A stretch of 63,857 nt of DNA, the filler included, from Octopus bimaculoides (taxonomy: Eukaryota): NCBI RefSeq assembly GCF_001194135.2. It is 7 parts of 6 records of this genome, joined end to end, with 100 filler letters (N's around TTAATTAATTAA, not from the genome) between each part and the next. Parts side by side here need not be neighbours in the genome. Positions count along the whole stretch, not along the records: positions 33,418 to 58,630 come from NC_068981.1; 6 more parts are not named here. One strand, given 5' to 3'. Position numbers and translations under genes: made by a program. Below are positions 38,971 to 51,939 of the stretch, in pieces (the stretch's first letter is position 1; each line of letters starts with the position of its first letter). The notes beneath the pieces were generated by a model. The model saw only the letters and a list, made by a program, of their open reading frames with translations, was not told the origin of the DNA and did not search any database.

Positions 38971-39150
38971 TTGGAGATTTTCTTTCTCCTTCTTCCCTTC
39001 TCTGGACTTTTTCTATATTTCTGATGAAGAACTCCGCTCGAAACGTGAAATCTTCTTTCTTTTCTTTCCTTTCCTGAGCGTCCAATAACACTGTACTTAT
39101 TCCACGTCCTCGCGTTGTTGTTTTTTGGTATTTTTTCTTGCTTGTTCATG
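38965..39150 (+). mobile_element. Penelope-like pseudo-LTR fragment with hammerhead-like motif
   Basis: ATTT-CTGATGA-A-GAAC(TCC)GCTC-GAAA-CGT-G-AAAT at 39017-39051, flanked by (TA)n. Confidence 0.6.
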
Positions 39151-40759
39151 TTTGGATTGTATATATATATATATAATATTTATATATGTGTGTGTGTGCG
39201 TCCTTGTGTGCATCTCGCCCCTCTGTTTATATATATATATATATATATATATAATTATGTGAAGATAACAATCTGTATATATTTAAAGCAGATATATTCT
39301 GAAATGCATAATAAACTGCGGTATTTGTCACGAGATAATATCTCGTATGGACGTGTAGTGATAAATAACTCGAAAATATATCAGTTGCTAACAGAAATCC
39401 TCCAGAAGCATTGCGGGTATTGCTAAATGCGCATATATGTTTCTTTGGGCTTTATCGGTAACAAGCTTCCACTGGCAACTACATGCAAAGACAAACTCCA
39501 CCGTTATTGATTTATAAAAATAACAATTGGAAAATCAATCATGTTTCAATTAGCCAAGGTGCTGTGCAGTGGGAATGAACCTTAAACCAGGTGGTTGTAA
39601 AGCGAGCTTCTTAACCATACAGTCGTGCCTATGTTTGGGAAATTGAACTAGCCACCCAGCTTACAATCTTGTGGCATCTTGAGGAAGTCACTCGCCCCTC
39701 TTGTTAGTTTTTAGCAGTTTAACCCCAGGTCAAGGAGAACTATGATCAAAATCATTCCAGCCATGGACATTAGTTTTACTCCTGGAATTGTGTAACCTGT
39801 TGTTTTTTAGTGTCTTACTAGCAAACATACACGTCCATACACGTACGGATTATGACTACAAAATATAGTTGTTTTACACGAAAGCGAAATCTCTTGTTAG
39901 AAACATAACTTGTGTAATGAAATTGAAGGAAGACGTTGAAATTTCCCCTCTGCGAGTTTTCGTTATTTTTTCAACAGCAAAGGGAGCTATTTTTTCAGAG
40001 AGATAAGCTAACAAAAGCCCCTTTATTCTCTCTTCCCACATAGCCTGCGCATAAACTAACAGCGAATGCTGCATAAAGTTAAATTGGTATGGAGCTTTCT
40101 GAAAAATACGTGTAGCTTTCACTAGAGGAAGCAAAACTCTTATTTAAAGGTTGATTCTTTGGGACGAATTATATGTGATTGTTTAAAAAGGGCTAGAAAG
40201 GCAATGTTAATAGGTATTTGAAACAATGGACAACAGTCGAAATATCTTAATGGATGGGTAAATAAGCATCCTTATAGTGAAACAACGCATTGGTAGGTAA
40301 AGAAAAGTATCAACAAATAGAAGAGAGGGAAGGGAGATTCACTTTTCAATTAACTCAGAATAGGTAAAGGTAAGCTTGCCAAAAGTTAATGCAGTTTAAA
40401 TATGTTAAACATGGAGATTAAGATTGTTTGGTATTGGGTATTCATCGCGCACAATGTTCCTAGTGAATTTAATCACCGTGGCAGGTGGACAGTCGAAATA
40501 AATAGATAGACAACATCCTTTCACTTTCGTAAAACGATTTAAAAAGTAATGAAGACCCTACAGATTATAAAACAGCTGATTAATGCAAACGAATAGGAAT
40601 CATCAGTGTCAGTTTCCCATCGCTCTAGAGACCCCCATCGATCTTTAAAATCTAAGTAGCCATGTGTATGAAATTTTAAAGAAATCAGATGAAAGATGTA
40701 GAAGTTATTGAGGTACATTAAATATTTCTACACACACACACAAACACACGCACACACAC

Positions 40760-40835
<76 letters not shown>

Positions 40836-42399
40836 CCCTTTGCAAGACTGTAAGGTGTTATCTGAATGAGTTTTAAGGAGTATTTCCAGCAGGCCGAGTA
40901 ATGGATAACAAGTTCTTTTTTCTTTTAACTGACATACGTGAGACGGAACCAGTATTCAGTTGTAGTGAGTTAGGGAGTGTAGGTTTGATAATTATTTATT
41001 TTATCCTTGTTTTGATTTTGGATAATGGCTTTGATTAATTATGTAGGAGTGAAAACCATAAATTATCGCAGCAGCAGGATATGAACTCATGATGGCAAGA
41101 TGCAAACGTTGAACACAGTGCACTATGTGATCCACCACTCCTATTTCTTCCCAAACATTTGAAGTTAGTTCCTGTTTAAAATACACTTGCATTCACACGG
41201 ACTATCACAAGCACTCTCACATTCTCTCTCTCTCCCTCTCTCTCTTTCTCTCCCTTTTCCGCTTTCCTTCACACACACACACATGAATACTTTTGCATAT
41301 ACATACACAATCACTTTCTGTCGCGTACAAACGCACATACACACACACACGCACACAAATCGCAGATATCTTTACACGTATACACATGCGCGCGCGCATG
41401 CATGCACGCATACACACACATCTCTATCGCTCAGGTAACCCCGCCTCAATTTACTTTTCTTGTCATAGCTTCACCTTTGTTGCGTCCAGCCGGTCCCACC
41501 ACTAGCTCTTTCGCCAATCATTGAAAATCAAATAAAAATACATACATATATTTATGCTTACATACATACCTAGAAACATAAAGACATATTTACATGTATA
41601 CATCCATATATACACACATACATTTATTATACATATGTTCAAACGAAAGCCTAAATGCAAATAGAGGGACTCTGCTCCAACTCACAGAACCTGCTTAGCA
41701 ATAATGAAAGGGTACAAGTCTCAGGATTATATATCTGTTAAATTCTGAGCCGGCCATCGGCAGTTCTCGTTCAATGATGTAAAGCAGGCAGTTCTACTTC
41801 AAAGATCAATGCTTGATTAATAAACGAAAATTCTGAGTCATTGTTTGTATGCAGCTCATATTTGATCCTTCTAATGTTGTCATAACTCTTAACCAGACGT
41901 TTGATAAATAACTTTCTTCCTAGCGGTAGAGCGTGCTAAAAATCGGGAGAAACGTCAAATAGAATTTCTAGCATTACAGAAATGATAATCGACTGCTGTC
42001 TTCGCTTCTAGGTAATCTGTTTTAGAAAACGATCTTTCTCGTATGTAGTTGTTTAATTGTTTAATCCTGGATATAGGATACAACCACTGCTGCAGTATTT
42101 CAAGAAACATATCTTCAATGTTCTTCGTTGATTTTTTGCTATTTTGAAGACACCATTCGCGGAGAAGACACTGTCTTATATTTTGAGGACAGTACATGAC
42201 ATTTCCAGAAAGTGTGGCCGGCAATAAAATAACAAAAGCCAGAAATCCGATACTTATTCAGCTGTTTATTGTGCATTGCACAAATATGCGCACAGATGCG
42301 TGCGAGTGTATATGTATATGTGAATATATACTTATAAGCATACACTCTCGTGCATATATATACGCATATAGATGTGAATATGCATGTTTGTGTGTTTGA

Positions 42400-42450
<51 letters not shown>

Positions 42451-42629
42451 CATACACATATACACACACATACACACATGTTTATATAATATTATATATC
42501 TGGAAGAAGGCCGTCTTATTTTATATGCATATATATGAGTGTGTGTGTGTGTGTGTGTGTGTGTCTTTGTGTCTATGCTTGTCCCCCACCACTGCTTGAC
42601 AACTAGTGTTAGTGTATTTGCGTCCCCTA

Positions 42630-43530
42630 ACACACCTTTTACATCACATTCACAACGTACTTAAAGCCTTGAGATCAGGTTCTAACCCTGATGTCATATA
42701 TTTTGACTTCAGCAAAGTGTTCGACAGATTCGTCCACAATATCCTCCTGCTAAAATTGTCCAGTATTGGAATCTGTGGTATACTGTTAATATCAGACACT
42801 TAGGAGTGATCGTTGACAACAATCTCTGCTGGAGTGTCCACATTAACAATGAAGTTGTTACGGCTCGTAGGATGAGCTCCTGGATCTTCCGAAATTTCGG
42901 GTCCAGAGAGTAAGATGTCATCATTTTCCTCCTTTATATGACTACACCTAGAATACTGCTGCCGCCTACGGTCTCCTGCACTAAAGAAAACATCACGAGT
43001 ATTGATTGAGTCATCCAGAGAATATTCACTAAAACGTAAGAGACATTATTGATCTAGATTACTGGGACCATCTTAAGACTAAATCTTTATTCTCTCCAGC
43101 ACCGCCGTGGGGGCTATATCATTTGCACAATGTGGGGAATACACCACCAACATTGCCCAGCATCAGATACAGAATTCATCCAAAGCTGGGGCCACATACC
43201 ATTCGCCTCTTACACATTTGCGGCTCACAACATAAATTCATTGCAACACAATTTTTTTACCTTGACAGGTCTTATTCTTTTTAACATTATCCCAAAACAA
43301 CCAAAGACGAAAAAAATCCTGTCACCTTTAAACAAAACCTGAACAAATTTCTTCAATGGATACCAGATAAGCCACCTGTACAGGGATACATCTTAATCAA
43401 CAATAACTTCCAACTTGAATAGGCCATGATACCATAAAACTCATCTTACAAATGACTTAACACATCCTATCATTTGGCGCTATTAAGCTAGACATGGCCT
43501 GAACCAGTCATGGCCGAAACATATCTAACT
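42630..43530 (+). mobile_element. CR1/L2-group LINE fragment with internal deletion
   Basis: DVIYFDFSKVFDRFVHNILLLKLSSIGICG, then a jump to LGVIVDNNLCWSVHIN; LEYC; LNLYSLQHRR; 3' end ggcctgaaccagtcatggccgaaac. Confidence 0.8.
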
Positions 43531-44049
43531 TTGCTTGCTATTCCAAGCAGCTTCCCTCTGTTGACGCCACCAAAAAAGTAATTAGAAATATATGTAGTTG
43601 CAATTTTCCCTGCCGTATAAAACCCGACTCGCTGCGTAAATTATAAGAAATTATATTTTTCCAAGATGCAGCGTTATATACATTGTATGTATTGTCAGTG
43701 AAAGTGGGAAGACAAAAAATATAATGTATTCACTTACAAAATTATGTTTGCACAATCTGAATTAACACTGTTAAAAACAGAAACCGTAAGCTGTTTCGAT
43801 GAGGTAAAGATAATAAAAAGAGGTTAGATGTGGCGGCATGTTTTATGTATTCAAAGTCATTTACTTATTCGTTTCAGCATAACAAGGAAGTCAAGTTAAA
43901 TGTTTACATTCCCCATTTACTAGTCCGATTTTAATTTCGCTGCTTTGAAGTATTTTTACCGTTCTTTTGCTCGTATCATCTCAGGAATGAAGACACGGTA
44001 TATGTAAAATGATAGTATATTATTCTGTGAGCATTCTTTCTTTCTACTA

Positions 44050-44238
44050 TAGGCATATGACCTGAAATTTTGTGAGAGTGGTGTATGCCATTCACATCGA
44101 CTCAATGCTCAAATGGTTCTCATTATACCGATTACGAAGGGATGACCGGTGAAATTTGAATTCAAAGTGTAAACCGGAAGAAAAAATCCTCTAAGCATTT
44201 CGTCCAGCGTGCTAACGATTCTGCCGTCTCATCGCCCT
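44050..44238 (+). mobile_element. SINE-type repeat copy (degraded)
   Basis: ggcatatgacctgaaatttt...gaagggatgaccggtgaaatttgaattcaaagtg...ctaagcatttcgtccagcgtgctaacgattctgcc. Confidence 0.65.
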
Positions 44239-44895
44239 TTTCTTTGGTAACGGAAACTATAACATAATTATTATAGAAATACCATCTCTGGGAAAGATCG
44301 TTCTAGTTAGATTTTATAAGCGAAGTATAAATTAACATATCATTTTCGCTTGGAACTGGCTCGTTATATTTGCCTATCTACTTGAAATACACCAGGCGAA
44401 TATTCGCTTACAAAAACGTTTAGAAAAAATGTTTGTTTCTTTTGACACGAAGAATTATTCTGTTGAAGAAAGAGAACATAATTCTATTGGTCGCACTTTT
44501 ACATCAAATCTGACAATTTGATGTGTTACAAAACTGTTCTATTGTGATTCCTCTTCGTTCGAGAGAATGCTTTGAAAATACTTCAAGTTTCTTCGTATTG
44601 CTATTTTTACAGTTCTTCCTAATGACACAGAGAATTAAAACAAAAGTATTTTTTCGCTCGACGGGAGAGCTATTTTGCCTAGTGAGCAAGAATGATCCCT
44701 AAAGTGATACTGAAATTGGTACTTTGGAGGCATGCTGTGGTTATTTATTTTTGTTTCGTATTTAATCCAGCTACTGAAAAAAAAAAATATTGTTCAGACA
44801 TGAAAATTGGTTGATATATTGAATTTGAATTTAACATATGATAGCGTCTCATAAAGCGAGATTTATATATCTAAATTTGCAGAGGAATTTGTAGT

Positions 44896-44971
44896 GGGTA
44901 GTTTAGCTTAATCGGTCAAAACATCGTGACATATAATCACGGAGATGTGAGTTCGAGTCCACAGCTAGCCA
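44896..44971 (+). tRNA. tRNA-like sequence (probable pseudogene or SINE head), anticodon position TAT
   Basis: Acceptor GGGTAGT/GCTAGCC (one mismatch), perfect anticodon stem CGTGA/TCACG with 7-nt loop CATATAA, T loop TTCGAGT; weakened D arm, U33 replaced by A, 1-nt loss in the T stem. Confidence 0.5.
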
Positions 44972-45179
44972 CCTACACTTTTCTCTGCAAAATAGGGGTA
45001 GTTTATCCTGTTCAGGCTATATTATTAGCATTATTCTGCGATTGAGAATTTAAAATCACTTCTTTAACTTTCTAAAAGACATCTCAACGCTTCTAAAAGC
45101 AAACTTCGTTTGTTTATTTACGTTTGTCGTAATTTGATTTTAACATATGAGAGCGTTTATCCTGTTTATCCTGTTCAGG

Positions 45180-45219
<40 letters not shown>

Positions 45220-45286
45220 CTGTATATATACGCGCGTGTGCACAAACGTACACACACACACACATACGTATATATATATATATATA

Positions 45287-45618
45287 AGTGGCACTCCGTC
45301 GGTTACGACGACGAGGGTTATAGTTTACCGATCAACGGAACAGCCTGTTCGTGAAATTAACGTGCACCCAACTGAGCTTTGCACTCCGCAGACTCGCGTA
45401 CCCTTAACGTAGTTCTCAGGGAAATTCAGCGTGAAACAGAATGTGACAAGGCTGGCCCTTAGAAATACAAATACTACTCATTTTTGCCAACTGACTGGAC
45501 TAGAGCAACATGAAATAAAGTGTCTTGCTCAAGCAAGGACACAGCGTATGAGTGGGACTTGAACTCACGACTTTACAATCGTGAGTTCAATTCGCTAACC
45601 ACTAAGGCAAGCGCCTTC
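45287..45618 (-). mobile_element. tRNA-head CORE-type SINE
   Basis: Minus strand: tRNA head, CORE-like gtccttgc.tgagcaagacactttatttcatgttgctctagtcca, then the same tail as 19693-20073. Confidence 0.8.
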
Positions 45619-45726
45619 AAACACACACACACGCACCACGCCCCACACACCCCACTCACATATACACTCAGACACACTATATATGTATGTGTGTGTGCAT
45701 ATTTATGCATAATAATAATAATAATA

Positions 45727-45761
<35 letters not shown>

Positions 45762-47646
45762 CGAGGTGCGATAAGTACTTGTTTGCGTGAAAGAGGAGTT
45801 AAAACCCTTTAAAACCACGCATCTCTCACTATATGTAAACACGCACGGAGAATATAGCAAATATATTTCTCCGAAACAATCTTCTCACTTGTAAGATACA
45901 TATAGTAAAATACGAATAAGATCATAGACATTCTGATATCAATTGATTTCGCTTGCTGTGTTAAACCAACACTTAAAGCTCATCAGCCAGACTTACTACA
46001 TAAACTATTTATCCATCCTAATGATTTAAGAAATAGAGCATGTTAAAATATATAATAGACTGAAATAAGTGCTGGAATTTATATGCTCGACTAATGACCT
46101 CTGATGGCAGTGCTCCAGTATGGTCACATTCCAATGACTGAAAGCAGTAAAAATGCGTAAATACAACAAAAGAAAAAGAATACATATGTGTATGTGCATG
46201 CGTTTGTGTGTGGGCGTGTGCATGCCTGCATGTGTGTACACGTGATATTTCATCTGAAGATTATAACAATATACTGTAATGGATAAAAGTTAAGTAGTAA
46301 CAAGTAAGACTGATATTAATATTTGTTTGGATAAATTCTCGTGTGACTTACAAAAATAAAGAGCAGTTATTCCACTAATTTTTACAACTGATCTGTTGGT
46401 TTGTCCTAAAGCTTGGTATCCCGTTTCTTACTAGCAAACAAATATACTGAGTAAGGACGAAATGATGGAGCATTTTATATATAAACGATGTATAAACTAT
46501 GACATTAATAAACTAATATACTCTTTGGATTGTTTTATATTTTCAATATGAGAGTTGGTAGTTGTGCTTATGCGAACATAAGTATTAGTCATGATAGATG
46601 GGTGGATGTAGATAGAGGTGGTAGATTTCATTTCAGTATAACATAAGGATTTCTGTTGGTTTCCCCTTTGATTTTGTGTATGCGTGTGTGTTTAATTTGC
46701 GTTCCAATTTACGTAAGCCATTCGTTCTCGGACAGACGACAATGCTAACATTTCACACCAAACAAAATAAACATAAACTGAATAAAGTGCTGCATATTAT
46801 ATACATTACAACAAAGCAAATATTTTTTCTTGCTTTAATCGGTGTGTTGTTTCGTACCACAGGATTGTTCTGGCCTAGATTTCAGTAGTGAATATTATAT
46901 GGCATTTTTCGTTTTAAATATAGTTTTTGTTTATTTGAACATTTGAACATCAGAATGTTTCTTATCATATCGTGGGCTGAATGGGTCTTAAAATCTAAAT
47001 ATTATACTGTTACGAAAGACCGTTTTTTCAATCATCTACTGACATAAAATTGCTAACACTCACACAGTAAAAAGCAATATTTCTTTTAGTCAACTAGACT
47101 GATGTCACTAGAAATGAAAAGGAAAAGCAAGTCTTCTGAATATGGATAACCGATTACTGAAGAACTCATTGTGCACACTGTCTTGAGACACATTACCAAT
47201 GCGGTAATAACTTAGGTGAAGGAAAGTCATTTCTTCGAACTCTTCAGTGGTTATTAGTTAAATGATATGAATGAAAAAGGATGGTTGAAACGGTCACTAA
47301 CGAAATCAAAATGCTTCATGAAGGCAGGCATGGCTATGCGGTAAAGAGGTTACTTTCGCAACCACTGTGTCTTGTATTGGATACTATAGCGCGATAGCTT
47401 GTACAAGTTTCTTTCTTCTCCTACACCCACGAGTTGGACAATAATTTAAGAAAGAAATTCAGTTGATATAAAGAGTGAGCAAATTCTTAAATACATACTT
47501 ATAGACACACAGACACACACATCTATACGGCTATATCTATATCTATCTATATGTGTGTGTGTGTATTATATAATAAATCATATGGTATGTACCTGGTAGC
47601 TTACCGGTAAAGCAGAGTCACTTTCAGTGTTTGTCTCTTTCATTAA

Positions 47647-47685
<39 letters not shown>

Positions 47686-48219
47686 NNNNNNNNNNNNNNN
47701 NNNNNNNNNNNNNNNNNNNNNNNNNNNNNNNNNNNNNNNNNNNNNNNNNNNNNNNNNNNNNNNNNNNNNNNNNNNNNNNNNNNNNNNNNNNNNNNNNNNN
47801 NNNNNNNNNNNNNNNNNNNNNNNNNNNNNNNNNNNNNNNNNNNNNNNNNNNNNNNNNNNNNNNNNNNNNNNNNNNNNNNNNNNNNNNNNNNNNNNNNNNN
47901 NNNNNNNNNNNNNNNNNNNNNNNNNNNNNNNNNNNNNNNNNNNNNNNNNNNNNNNNNNNNNNNNNNNNNNNNNNNNNNNNNNNNNNNNNNNNNNNNNNNN
48001 NNNNNNNNNNNNNNNNNNNNNNNNNNNNNNNNNNNNNNNNNNNNNNNNNNNNNNNNNNNNNNNNNNNNNNNNNNNNNNNNNNNNNNNNNNNNNNNNNNNN
48101 NNNNNNNNNNNNNNNNNNNNNNNNNNNNNNNNNNNNNNNNNNNNNNNTATATATATATATATATATACATACATACATACATACATACATACATACATAC
48201 ATACATACATACATACATA

Positions 48220-48895
48220 CTCAGGAAAAAGTAATATCAACCAAATACCTGATGCACAAAAGGGACAGAGAGATACAAAAAGCAGCAAAATGTGACAACC
48301 GATGCAGACTTTGTGGAGTTAACACCAAAGATTTCACCCACATCATAAGTAGTTGTTCGAAAATGTTATCGTGGTATTATCTCTCGATTGAGATATGATG
48401 TAGCTCGGACGCTGTATAATGAGATCCGTCGGAAAGAAAACCCCGAGGCCAAAGAAATAAGAACCTACAGTATGATAGAATCCATAGCCATTCACAATAG
48501 AAATGAGTACTGGTGGAATATCATAGTGAAAACCGCAATAAAATGTAAACCAAATTGACTTGACATAGTAACTTGGGATACAGAAGAGAAACTGTTGCGA
48601 AAATCAGCTCCCCAGCGGATGTTAACATATAGCTAAAGATGAGCGAAAAAGAAAATACCTACGCTGAAGTAATGAGGAATCTACAGCTACTCTATCCAAA
48701 TTACTAATTCGAGTTTATACATGTAATTATTAGGGCACTGGGTTATGTAACATACTGCCTAAATATGAATCTTGAGAAATTAGGCTTCTCAAAACCAGAA
48801 AAGAGAAAGCCGATTCGAAGACTACAAATCCAAGTCAGCTCTGGAACTGTAAATATCTGTAAAATTTTCCAGAAGTTCATCATTTAAGTATATAT
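48220..48895 (+). mobile_element. 3' part of an RLE-encoding LINE (CCHC finger plus endonuclease)
   Basis: QEKVISTKYL..CDNRCRLCGVNTKDFTHIISSCSK..EYWWN..KCKPN.LDIVTWD..ISSPADVNI..GTVNICKIFQKF; starts directly after (TACA)n. Confidence 0.8.
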
Positions 48896-49238
48896 GAGTA
48901 TATCTAGACAGAAAAAATTATATTCATGAGAATGCATACAAAAAACAACACATACAAATCGACACATATTTATACATACATAAATGCATATATATATATC
49001 TCTCTCTCTCTCTCTCTCTCTCTNNNNNNNNNNNNNNNNNNNNNNNNNNNNNNNNNNNNNNNNNNNNNNNNNNNNNNNNNNNNNNNNNNNNNNNNNNNNN
49101 NNNNNNNNNNNNNNNNNNNNNNNNNNNNNNNNNNNNNNNNNNNNNNNNNNNNNNNNNNNNNNNNNNNNNNNNNNNNNNNNNNNNNNNNNNNNNNNNNNNN
49201 TATATATATATATATATATATGTATATGTATATATATA

Positions 49239-49466
49239 TTGGGTTCTCCGGAGAGTTCATGCCGAGGTATAATAGCTTACATTTCGATTTATATGCCATG
49301 AAACCACCTCTGTTCTGAGAAGAGGATATTTTCAGGTTAAAGGAAAGATGGAGACGCATTATGCAACAAAATGTTTCATATTTGGTTGATTAAAAATGTA
49401 ATGGCAAATATTTATTGACCTTTTTCTTTCCTTTAAAAATCGGCACGAACTTTCCGGACAGCCCAA
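49239..49466 (+). mobile_element. Internally deleted mariner (MITE-like)
   Basis: TIRs TTGGGTTCTCCGGAGAGTTCATGCCGA / TCGGCACGAACTTTCCGGACAGCCCAA with TA on both sides; residual KPPLF.EEDIFRLKERWRRIMQQN. Confidence 0.85.
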
Positions 49467-49581
49467 TACATATATATGATTAGGAAACGTGCCAGAATCA
49501 GTATGAATCCTAAAAGGTAATATTTACCCCCGCTTAGAAGTGGACGTTGTGTCAGTGGATTTGCAGTGCTTAAAAGCACTC

Positions 49582-49623
<42 letters not shown>

Positions 49624-50974
49624 ATAGGAATGCATTTACGGCGGGGTACCCGCGTGTGTTTATGTTTTGCCGATCTATATCGTTATATCGGCGTAAGTAT
49701 TATACAACAGTGAGAATCCGGCAGCATTTCCTTTTTACTCTAGTCTTCAGAAATGTTATAAACTAGTGCCTAGACCTGATGCTACTATTTGCAAATTGAG
49801 ATATAACATAAATATAACAACAGCGCTTACTGAGACATACAGTCTTTCGAAAGTTTTTTTTTTTTTTTTCGTAAGTTTGTATGAATATAAGATAATTGAA
49901 CTAGGTAAAAATATACGTTTGCAATAGTTGAACCTTTGAATACAGCCCAGAAAATAAGACAGTAGCTTTAAAAAAAAAAACAGAACAATGTCATACAGAA
50001 AGATGAGACAATGATAACAGGCTCAACTATTAAGTGAACAGTATAATTTCTTGTGTGCATGCAGTCTAACCGTTTGAAATATGTTGAATATTCTATGATG
50101 TTAAAGGGTTTTGTAAAGAGTTAAAAGTTAAACAGGAGTGCGACTTCGTTTCTGACAGAGATGCCATCATTTATGATGGAGTACGTAACTTATAAACTAT
50201 GCTTCTCGATAAGACTAAGTGTGTGACTTTTAAATTTTAGTTTATTGCTTTCACATAGCGTATTATTGGAGGTTAAATGTATGGTTAAATGAGGCCAAGG
50301 GACAAAGCACAACGTCGCATTTGGTTCGTAGTCTTAAAAGAATTTAAAATACTTGGTAAAACTCTGCCTTACAAGTGAATAGAATATTTCAGCAAATGAG
50401 GCGTGACAGAAATTTACACGATATGTTTTGTTTATATATAAACTTCTTGGCTGTTTTTCATTGTATATGATGCAGTTGTACTAGATAATACACACGAAAC
50501 TGCATTCAGTCTATATATGTTATGATATATATCTATCTTAGTCATAAGTCTGTCACGAAACTACAAAATCATTAATCCAAGGTTTGTCCCGGGTTCCAGG
50601 GCATATAAATGACCGAGAGTACACAACATTCATCTTTAAACGTGACGACGGTCCGTTACAGGGATAAACTTGCAGATGTTTTTGATATTCATTTTCATCT
50701 AAGTAGAGTGGAATAACGTAAAATAAGTGTTTTGCTCAATAACACAATGTTGTTTATAGAGAATTATTTACTTCTACTTCTTCAACAACTGAATAAGCAG
50801 GAAACAGCAATAATGATACAAGTGCAATTAATAATTTAATAATATATGTTATAACATGTTATTGATATATATGGTAGCAAAATACATACTATATAAAATT
50901 CTACACAAAAATATGTGATTAATTATGGGAGCTATCCCTCATATCGCAATGCAATGGCGAAACTAGCACACAAA

Positions 50975-51190
50975 CATACGCATAAACAAATTACCAGGTA
51001 GCTCGCCATGATAGATCGCTGACCACTACATTTATATATTTTTCTCCTTGTTTCTTTCTGTGTTGCTTTCAGTTGAAGAGCGTAGGCTCGAAACGTCAAA
51101 GATTTTCTCTATTCCCGAGCGTTATACTAATACATTCATTTGTTGTTTACACGACCTGTTTTCGTCTGTTGTTTTTTTCGTAAATTCTCC
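50975..51190 (+). mobile_element. Penelope-like pseudo-LTR fragment with degenerate hammerhead-like motif
   Basis: CTTT-CAGTTGA-A-GAGC(GTAG)GCTC-GAAA-CGT-C-AAAG at 51066-51101; downstream cccgagcg..taatac resembles 39075-39090. Confidence 0.55.
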
Positions 51191-51245
51191 CATATATTTA
51201 TGTGTGTGTGTATGTGTATACATGTGTATATATAATAATAATAAT

Positions 51246-51292
<47 letters not shown>

Positions 51293-51385
51293 TTATCGTC
51301 ATCATTATTATTATCGAGTTAGGGAAAATAACGACATGACCGCCCAAACTAAAGATCGTTAGCGAGATACCACTTTACCTATGGA

Positions 51386-51472
51386 TGTACCTGATGGATG
51401 CAACACAACATGTTGCACGGAGTCCCACCCATAATGGACAGTAGCAGGATGTGCCGAAACGATCGTCGTACA
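51386..51472 (+). ncRNA. Type I hammerhead-ribozyme-like motif with large stem II insertion
   Basis: Stem I TGTAC/GTACA, core CTGATG(G), GAAA at 51456-51459, palindromic stem III ACGATCGT, cleavage triplet GTC (51465-51467). Confidence 0.55.
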
Positions 51473-51661
51473 AAGACTAATACCGAATCCATCTTCTGGT
51501 TACTTAATCAATTATTATTATCGCAACTAACACTCCGGAATTTCTGAAGTAAATCCAACGGAAATATACTCTGACTGTGGATGACACCAGGTAGCCCAAA
51601 CCGTGCCAGTGCTCTACTCAACACTTCAGTATACTGATCGACATATACCCATTAGTCCAAA

Positions 51662-51699
<38 letters not shown>

Positions 51700-51748
51700 T
51701 ATATATATACATATATATATATTATGTGTGTGTGTGTGTATGTTTGTT

Positions 51749-51810
<62 letters not shown>

Positions 51811-51939
51811 CAGCAAATAATTCAGGAGAAAATATTTGCAAAGATATTATTGAGTCTGTTATTATTTAGTGTAACAATTAAAAATGATAATAACAGAATC
51901 AATAATATATGCAATCAGGATTAAATAGCTGAAGGATTA

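Noticed and set aside
41924-41985. Plus-strand terminal-exon-like VERAKNREKRQIEFLALQK* suggesting a KR-cleaved peptide
   Set aside because: Too short, no upstream exon, and it overlaps an equally plausible antisense frame.
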